Of a stretch of DNA of 53,277 nucleotides, positions 45,217 to 53,277 are shown piece by piece (within the stretch, counting starts at the first letter, position 1; the number at the start of each line of letters is the position of its first letter). The translations under genes were made by a program, and so were the position numbers. The DNA is from Porphyridium purpureum (Eukaryota). The notes under the pieces are model-generated. The model was not told the origin of the DNA, did no database searches, and saw only the letters and a program-made list of their open reading frames with translations. Location: the NCBI GenBank assembly GCA_008690995.1, contig VRMN01000029.1:1-53277 (forward strand). Reading direction: 5' to 3'.

Positions 45217-46787
45217 TTTCAGGTAGAGATTGGGCCCTGCGGTTCGGCATACCATAGTACAGTTATGGGCTACAGGTACAGTTGCGTTGGACTATAGTAC
45301 ATGGTTATACATGTAAAACAAGTGGAATAGATCGTCGAAGTCCAAAATTACGATGTTATAGATAAAGATATCCGGTATCATATGAAAATACTTGGAGGTT
45401 AATTGTCAGTTTGGCTTTTCATAGGTAAATGCCAATTATTGAGTAGAAATCGAGCATAGAAGAACGACAAAATAATTGATGAGTCGCCATTACATGGGCA
45501 TCTATGTTAGTTGTGAAACATACGGTAAAACAGTAGCATTTTGTTAGGTATGCATGAGCATAGAATTAGCATTGAAATATGGTAGGTACGGGGCTCGAGT
45601 CGACCTGAGGACGCCGTGCGATGAGCGATTGGCGGGTTATTGCGGCCAACGAGGAGCGAAGAATTAGCGCCAGCGTGGGGAGCGAGAGATATGAGGGCGC
45701 AGGCGGACGAAGTTGGGCGGTACTGCAGGCGCAGAGCGCGAGCGCGGAAGCGCAGGCGAACGGAGCGCGGAGCGCAGGCGCCGCGAGCACCAGTCAGGCG
45801 GTGGGCCTGTGGAGCGCGGTGGGGCGCGGGCGGCGGGAAGATAGTTTCGGACGGACGACAGGGAGTGAGGTGGGAAATGGCTGGGAGCGATGGGCTAGGG
45901 ACAGCCGGAGATGAGCTGGGGTTAGTCGACAAGAGGCACAAGCGACGCAAAGCGCCCGCATGTGCGCGTGTTCGCCTTGCGCTCCAGTGACTCCGCTACT
46001 TGCCGCAGAAGCTCTCGGAAGACGAATGCACGCGCATTGATCTCGTAGCCGCGGCGAGGACCAGGGCCGCGGATGTCCGGCAGCGCTTTGCAGGATGGGA
46101 ACGGTATCGAATCGCGTGTCGTGGCTGTGGCTCAAGTCCGCGCGGTTCGGCTGATAGCGTCGGTGATGCAGTGAGTCCTAACCAAGCGGCATGCCCTGCG
46201 TGGCATGCCAATGCAGCATGTTGAGCGTGCCGTTCTGGATCGCGATCACGCAGTGTGCCAAGCGCCGTTGGATCGTATTGTGGCTGTGCAAGTGGCAGCG
46301 CGAATGTATGGAAAGGTGAAATCGAAGAAGCTTGTGTGCTGTCATGATGGAGGAGCTGTGCATGGAGCCCGCGGTTGAGGGCGCTCGGAAACTGCTGAAA
46401 AGTCGCGTGGATCTCAAGGAGGTTGTGGCCGCAGTATCTCCAGCCGCCTTCAGCGCTTGTGTGTGTAATACAAGCGCTACCGTGATTGTTGTTTGCACCG
46501 CGAAGCGGTCGGCTCCGGGTTTTGCTTCTCACAGAAGGAAGTTCGCTGCGCTACAACAGTAGTGTCGGCAGCATGCACGTGCTAGCCGGTGCGAGTGAAT
46601 GAGCGTTTCGCTGCGCGTCGCACGCGCATTGCACGAAGCTTGGAGTTGCGATGTGGTGTGTTCCGGTGATCGAATCGCTGATTGGCCCGCGTGGTGAAGA
46701 CATCGAGCATTCGCGGTAAAGCCGCAATGAGCTGTGACGTCGTACTCTGGGGTTACTTTGCGCGAACCGCACATCGCGATGGTCGCA

Positions 46788-46889
46788 GTGTATTGTGTGC
46801 AGGGCATGGCGGAGAACGTGGTGTATTGTGTGCAGGGCATGGCGGAGAACGTGGTGTATTGTGTGCAGGGCATGGCGGAGAACATGGTG
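46788..46889. repeat. 33-bp tandem repeat x3
   Basis: GTGTATTGTGTGCAGGGCATGGCGGAGAAC(G/A)TG at 46788, 46821 and 46854. Confidence 0.92.
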
Positions 46890-47089
46890 AAAGCGAGCGA
46901 CTTTGAACCGCCCAATCGGTTAGTCCGCGTGAGTAAGAGGCAAGAAAATCTTTCTGCTGTGGAACGGCTCCAGGCCATGCTCATGCGCCGTGTCGCGCAC
47001 CGATTGCGGCTCGCCAGCGCATTGAGCACGTTCGGCATCTTTGCAGCAAGTTACCTGAACTGAGGCTTCATCAGGAAGCAAGGATCTGC

Positions 47090-49008
47090 AAAGGTTACCT
47101 GTAAATGAAAGGTAAACCGCTAGGCAGAGAAATTAGTCATCTGACTCAGTGTGTACAGATGACGTGGCCAGCGTGAGAGCACCTGCACTCAGCCATTGGC
47201 GGGCCGCCACCGATGGGCGGTGGCGTGTATGCCGAAGCACAATTGCGGAGCCTGCTGCCCGGTAGATGCCCAAAGATAGGGCACGACGCAGAGCCGCAGA
47301 AGCCAGGCGGTGTCCGACCTCGTGGGTGCGTTGGTAGGCCGCCGCGAGGTCCTTGAAGAAGGGCCCGGTACCTGCATGGACACGGCCGTACACGTCGAAC
47401 ACGAGAGGAACAAACGTGACGCCGGTCCCAGCTGCCGGTGGGTCGGGTGTGTGGGCAGCGTACTGCCTGGCTTTACTCGCACTTCGCGCGCGCAATGGCG
47501 CTGCCCGCTGGCCTGGCGCCCGCTGCGCACGGGCAATAACCACGGCGATATCACCGCCCCATGCTCCGCAGCGGCACATCATAGGGCTGGTGCAGCGTAA
47601 GCGGACCTGTCGTGCCGCTGTCATGAGTACTGGTCAGCGTCCAGCGCAAAAGTTGTGGTAACAATCACGTCTCAGGAACTCATGCCGCCCGACGCGCGAC
47701 GGTCCGAAAGCGCATGCGAGCGCTGGCGGCTGTCCGGATCCAGTAATGAACACATCATGGAGGATGAGCGACAAGCAAGCATCGTCTGCGGCGTCGGATG
47801 TGGCTGCGCACGGGAAGTTAAGCCGAGCAGGTGACGTACAGCTGCGAGCCATACATCGGGCTCGAGAGCCCGTCCGCTCATGACGGCGCCGGTGCGCACA
47901 GTGCTTGGCATGCTCAGCCACGCGAGCGCATATGGACTCGCAAGGCTGTGCCGGCGCTGAAACTCCCACTCGGAGGCAGAGGTGGATAACCAATCTCGTT
48001 GAAGGTTGTGATAAAAGCGATTGGTTCCACGTGCCTGCGAGGTGAGGAGCGCCTCTGGCTCATCGTCGTCTTGGAGTGCCCCGGCGGCCGACAGTGCCAG
48101 AGCGTCAGCGCAGTGCAGCGCCTCCCACCTGGCGTAGGACGGCGCAACCACGCCTTCGCGTAAGTGGTCGAGGGCACGCGCGGGAGCTGGCTGCGAACGC
48201 AAACGGTGCAAATGGCGTCGCATTAAGGCCGCGATGCCAAGGCCGCCAGCGACACCAGAAGCCGCCACTGGCGCGCAAGCCGGCGCCGTCACACCACCTC
48301 GTGGGCTGCACCCTGAGAGTCCAGCCCACGTGCACGCGCCACTGGCGATCGAACGTGCGGAAGAGCGCATCCATGACGCCTGGCGGCATCACACGCGCGA
48401 GGTACGCGAGCCGGCGCGGTCCCACACTCCCCCGGAGCAAGTGGAACGCCAGCTCCGGGTTGGGCAAACGGGCAACTCGCTCGGCCAGAGCTACGACATG
48501 CGCAGCCAGCGCGTGTAGCGGCACAAGGGACTCGCTGGTCCCGCTTGCATCCAGAGGAGCACCCAGGAGCTGGGCACTGCTCCACTCGACCACTGGGAGG
48601 TCCGTTAGGCCCGGAAAGGGTCCTGCCTCCGAGGCAGCAACACCAGCCGGGAGGACGAGCTGTGTTTTGGCGCGGTTGATGTGCAACCCCTTGGCGCTCC
48701 CGCACATCTCAAACGCGGCAAGAAAGCCTGCCAACTGTGCCGGGGTGCCGACCACCAGGCCATCGTCCAGGTACCAGAAATGCTGGACGTCTGGAGCGCC
48801 GATGTCCTGGAGCACTGTGTGCAGAACCAGCGAGAAGAGCAGAGGTCCCAAGGGGTCACCCTGCTGCACTCCGCACGCGCTGGCGATGATCTCGTCACCT
48901 ACTCGCAGTGCGGGTGGGTCAGAGTACGTGGACCGGACCAATGGCCAGAGCTCCTCGAAGCGGGACTGCACCACGTTCCGGACCCATACCCGGGATACCT
49001 GGTTAAAG
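47090..49008 (-). mobile_element. 5'-truncated CRE-clade non-LTR retrotransposon (RT C-half + restriction-like endonuclease)
   Basis: FNQVSR, GVQQGDPLGPLLF, WYLDD, GGLG, AWLSMP, RHE, DIAVV..K..Y and FVPLVFDVYG, spread over several frames. Stop at 47133; the 3' boundary is approximate. Confidence 0.85.
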
Positions 49009-49036
49009 GGTTAGAGGCGTTACTCTAGGGTTACTC
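49001..49036 (+). repeat. Telomere-like tract at the junction of the two non-LTR elements
   Basis: GGTTAAAGGGTTAGAGGCGTTACTCTAGGGTTACTC. Confidence 0.6.
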
Positions 49037-52000
49037 TGAAATCGTTTTACATTATAAATCTAAAGGGCCTAAGCTCTGTACCTATGTATCAGCAAAGTCA
49101 GTGCGACTCTGCTTCCGATTCCGAGAGTACCTCGCCTACAAAGAGGCGCCTGCCCGTCTCCAGCCAGTGCTGCGAGGCAACTGGCAGAGTCGGGCCCGGG
49201 TGCCGTAGAAGCACCGCCGCCGCCACCGAGCGGTACACCGCGAGCGACAGCGACCGGTGGAGCGCCGTGCTCGCCAGCATCTTGCTGACTCCACGGTGCC
49301 GCATGTACGCCGCCACCAGAGTCTCCAGAAACGCGGCTCCGCACTGTTCGCGCCGGCCGTACGTGTCCAGAATGACCGCCTGGAACGACACGCCAGCAGC
49401 GTCGCCGGTGCGCGCAGCAGCCTGGAAGGAGGCCTGCTTGCGACGCGCCGCTGCCGCCAGTGCCAGTTCCGTCGGACCGCCTGGTGCCCGGTGCGCGGTC
49501 GGCACCACCACCGCCACATCGAATTCCACGTGCTGTCCACGCGCAGGTCGCCCGGCTGGCGCAAGTCTGCCGCGCCGGAAGGCGCAACTCGCGCTCCACC
49601 GGCAAAGAAGCGGCGCGCGCAAAGGCAGCCGTTTATGTCGACCACCAGTGCGCCGACCGTACCGCGACGGCCCGAGATGGCACTTTGAGCGCGTGCAGGA
49701 CAAAGCTGGTCCAGCGCGGCCCCGCAGACGGCAACCACGCTCCGGAGAGCTGGACACGGACGCCGTACAGTGTGGTCACAGACAGGCCCGTTGTAGTGAC
49801 AGCCGGCACGCAATACGCGCCATGCATCTGCGCTCAGCGGCGCGCTTCCGTGCGTGCCGGCCAGCTGCGTGGCAGACGGCATCCCGAGCCACGCCAGCGC
49901 GTGCGGCGAGCTGACGCTGCGACGTCGGTGAAAGTCTGGGTCGGACGGGGCCGGCGCGTGGGACCAATCTGAGCACCATTGTCGATAAAAGCGACGGCTC
50001 CCACGTGCCTGCGAGTCCAGCAGGGCTTCCACATCTTCGTCTGGCTCCAGGCGCCACTGCGCCACGGCGTGTGCGTCTCCGTCAAACCTTCGCCACCACT
50101 GCGCGAGCGACGGAGGGTACACGCGTGCGGGCGGGTTGTCCACCACGCGCGCGGCAGCACGACTGCCGGCGGCAAACGCAAACGGCGCAATGTCTGCCAC
50201 TGCGGTCAGTCCCAAGCCGCCAAGCGAGCACGGCAGCCGCCACTCGGCCTTGCACGGCTCGCCGACCTCGTGTGCCATCACACCCAGCGCGCGCGCGACA
50301 ATGCTGCGCCACGCGCGGTCAAACTCGGCAAAGATGCGAGTCACGACGGGCGGAGGCATGGTGCGCGCCAGGTGCATCAGGCGCTTTGGCCCGACGCTGC
50401 CCCGCAGGAGGTAGAACGCCTCTTCGGGGTGGCTGAGCTTGGCCACCTGCTCCGCCAGCTGGAGCACCTGCGCGCTCGCGTTGGTGATCGGCACGAGCGA
50501 CTCGCCACTGCCGGTAAAGTCGAGCGGCACACCGAGCAGCTGCGCTTGGTCCCACGCCAGACGCGGCAGGTCGGCGAGTCCCGCGGGCACGACTGCCGTG
50601 TGCATTCCGGGAGGCAGTACCAGCTGCGTCTTGGTGCGGTTCACGCACATGCCGTGCACGGCCGCGTCGCTCGAAAAGGCGTCCAGGAAGCCTTCCAGCT
50701 GCGCGAGCGGCCCCACAATGCTGCCGTCGTCCAAGTACCAGAACGACGACAAGCCCGGCGACTCGGTGTCTGCCAGCACCTTGTGCAGCACCAGCGAGAA
50801 CAGCAAGGGCCCCAGCGGGTCGCCCTGCTGCACGCCGCACGCGCTGGCCAGCACATGGGCGCCCACTCGCAGCGGAGCCGGATGCGCGTACGTTGAGCGC
50901 ACCAGCGGCCACAGCGCGGGGAAACGGCCCTGCACGATGCGCATCAGCGTGGGCCGGTCGACGCAGCTGAACGCGTTCGCAATGTCGACGAGCAGGCTGT
51001 GCCTGGACTCTGCATCGCGGCAAGGCGCGTCCCCAGCACCGCGCCTTCGAGCCCGGCCGGGCGTCCCACGCCGTACTGGTCGGGCCGGAGCGACTCGGCT
51101 GCGTCGCTGCCCAGGTGTGCCAGCACCAGCTTGCCCAGCACGCGCCGCAGCAGCTCGCCCACTGCAATCGGTCGGACGCCGCCGTCCTTCTTCTTGAGCG
51201 GGATGAGGCGTGCGTGGCTCCACAGCGCGCCAGCTTGCGGATGCAGACCAACACTGGCGATGCGCTTGAACGCGAGAGCCACGGCCCCGAGCGCCGTGTC
51301 ACCCGCCACGGGCGTGCGGATGACCTGCTGCAGCACGCCTATGGACCACCGCGACGGTCCGCACCCGCTGGTGTGCGGAATGGCCAGAATGGACTTGCGC
51401 ACCGCCTGCGCGTCCCACGGCACGCGCATGCACTGCAGCTGGTCGATACTGACCGACTCGACTGGTGCGACGAGCGCTGCGTCGTGGCTGCCGCTGCGAG
51501 CCCCTGCCTCTGGATGCAGCTCGCGCAAGCGCGCCAGCACCGAGTCCGTGACGTCGTGCACACCCGCCGACTCGACCAGTCGCGCCGCGGCGCCAATGTG
51601 GTTGGCGCGCACATGCTGCACGATGCGGTGCTCCACGGCCTCTGGTGGTATGGGTCTGAGGTGTTGACCGTCCACCACAGGCACCGAGTCGAGCAGTGGC
51701 TCGAGCGCATCGGAGCGCCACATCTTGAGCCGCGTCGCCAGGTATCTTGCCCGCGCGCGCGTGCTCTGGCGCTCCATGGGCAGGCACAGCACCAAAGTCG
51801 GAAACACCCACAGCTTTCCGAGCGCGCGGACTTGTGCGGCCTCGGACGCGGCTTCGGCCAGCTCCGTGAGCATGCTGCTGAACTCGAGCGCAACGTCCGG
51901 CGCAAACTTTGCCGGTACGCGCTTCCACGTGCGCACGCGCAGCCCCAGCACCCAATCTACCGTTTGAAGAATGGTGAGTATGGGGGCGTCGAGCAGCGGC

Positions 52001-53277
52001 GACGGCGGATGCGCAGCGGCGTGACGCGCCGTCGACACATGCGTGTCTGCGGCCGTGTCGGAGCCACTGCGAGTGTCGTCACGCCTGCGCCCGCTCGCTG
52101 TGCAGACTGCACGCGCACCGCTGCGCCCCTTCAAATGCCTCGGCACAACGCGCAGGATCCCGGCATCGACTGCGCTGGTGTGGCACGGACAGCGCAGGCA
52201 GCAAGCAATATCACCGCGCCGCACGCCTGGCGGCCCAGCCCAACCGCTCTGAGCGCGTCCGGTGGCACTGCGGCAAGTGTTTCAGCCGAGTGATTACTGC
52301 CCGCCAAGTGCCGCAGCAGCCCAGCTGGCTCGGCCCACGAGGCCTCACAGCCTGCCACGGGGCACGCGTTCCACAGCGCTCGGCACGCTGGACACTGGCA
52401 CGCGTCTTGGGGCTGCACGTCGCGCACCGCCCATCCGCACGCGTTTCGCCTCAAGTGCAGGCTGGACAGAAGCTCGGCACTCGCTGGCTCCGTCGGATGT
52501 GCCGCACGCCAGTGCTTGCCCAGCTGAGCCGCACTCTGGTAGCGTCGCATGCACTCGGCGGCCGGACATGCGTGCGGCGCTTCGAGCTGCGCCATCCGAG
52601 CCACGCTGCGTCGCGAAATGTCAAAGCCCGCCGGACGGAGCATGCGAGCAGAGCTGCGAACAGATGCGCTGTGGCCAAGCACGGCATCCCTGACCGCTAT
52701 GTGTGCGGCAGGCCCCGCACGCTGGCGCGGTCGTCGTGCGGACCGACGTGTGGCGCGACCGTCTGCCGAGTCTGCGACACTGTGCGGAGATGCCACTGGC
52801 GCGTGCGTGGCTGCCAGCACCCTAGAGCTGGAGATGTGCGCATCCACCACCGCACTCTCTCGCGCAGGACCAGCACGCTCACGCAGTTCCACTGGTCCAC
52901 CCGGCCGACTTTGTAGCCGGCCTCGCCCAGACGCTCGACGAGCGCGGGGGCGTGCGGGAGCCCATTCCGCGTCGCTTTCCTCACTTGAGGCTAGAAGACT
53001 TGCGCCGCGCGGACCGGGCCCTTCCCACGAGTCAGAAAGTGTCTCACTCATGAGCCCCGAAGGGCGAAGCCGCCGAGGGAGCCGGAGTCACAGCGTGGAC
53101 CTCCGGAAGTGCGGGAGCGGCAAACTCTTGGCCGCTGGCACGGCCCACTGCGGAACGGTGGGCGTGGGCCGTCTTGCACTGCATGCAGCGTGCGCGGTGC
53201 TGGTCCCGAGAGTGCGCAGAGCCGCTGAGCGCATGCCATGCTCCACACGGGTCTGCAGCGAGTCCTGCCTCGGCAAG
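49009..53277 (-). mobile_element. Near full-length CRE-clade non-LTR retrotransposon (2 C2H2 zinc fingers, RT, RLE); single ORF about 53051..49098 broken by frameshifts
   Basis: Zinc fingers CPAAEC..HWRAAH and CPVAGC..HLAGSNH. RT motifs LIPLKKKDGGVRPIAVGELLRR, QYGVG, DIANAF, GVQQGDPLGP and YLDD. RLE-like C-terminus FDVAVV..RRK..FQAVILDTYG. Confidence 0.9.

Noticed and set aside
49084..52916. Long plus-strand ORFs opposite the CRE element (and antisense ORFs over the ATPase and Sel1 genes)
   Set aside because: These are GC-rich shadow ORFs with no recognisable domains.

Overview
Eukaryotic, essentially intron-free, GC-rich DNA that looks like a transposon- and pseudogene-rich, possibly subtelomeric region. 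An intron-poor alga such as a Porphyridium-like red alga is a plausible source, but this is inference only. From left to right the window holds: a P1B heavy-metal (Cu-type) ATPase; an intact, very young Ty1/copia LTR retrotransposon (identical 256-bp LTRs, ATTTG target-site duplication) whose gag and pol are in frame and separated by one UGA-CGG stop plus a stem-loop; NADPH-oxidase, TM9SF and EEP-nuclease pseudogenes; two DUF285/BspA-like surface-protein paralogs; an unknown single-pass membrane protein; two Tc1/mariner elements; a large MLKL-N-terminal-like/kinase/Sel1-repeat gene with about 16-17 near-identical but hypervariable 111-bp repeats; a Crypton-like tyrosine recombinase; a solo LTR carrying tandem heat-shock elements; and two head-to-tail CRE-clade non-LTR retrotransposons joined by telomere-like sequence. 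Several single-base frameshifts in otherwise well-conserved genes may be assembly errors.
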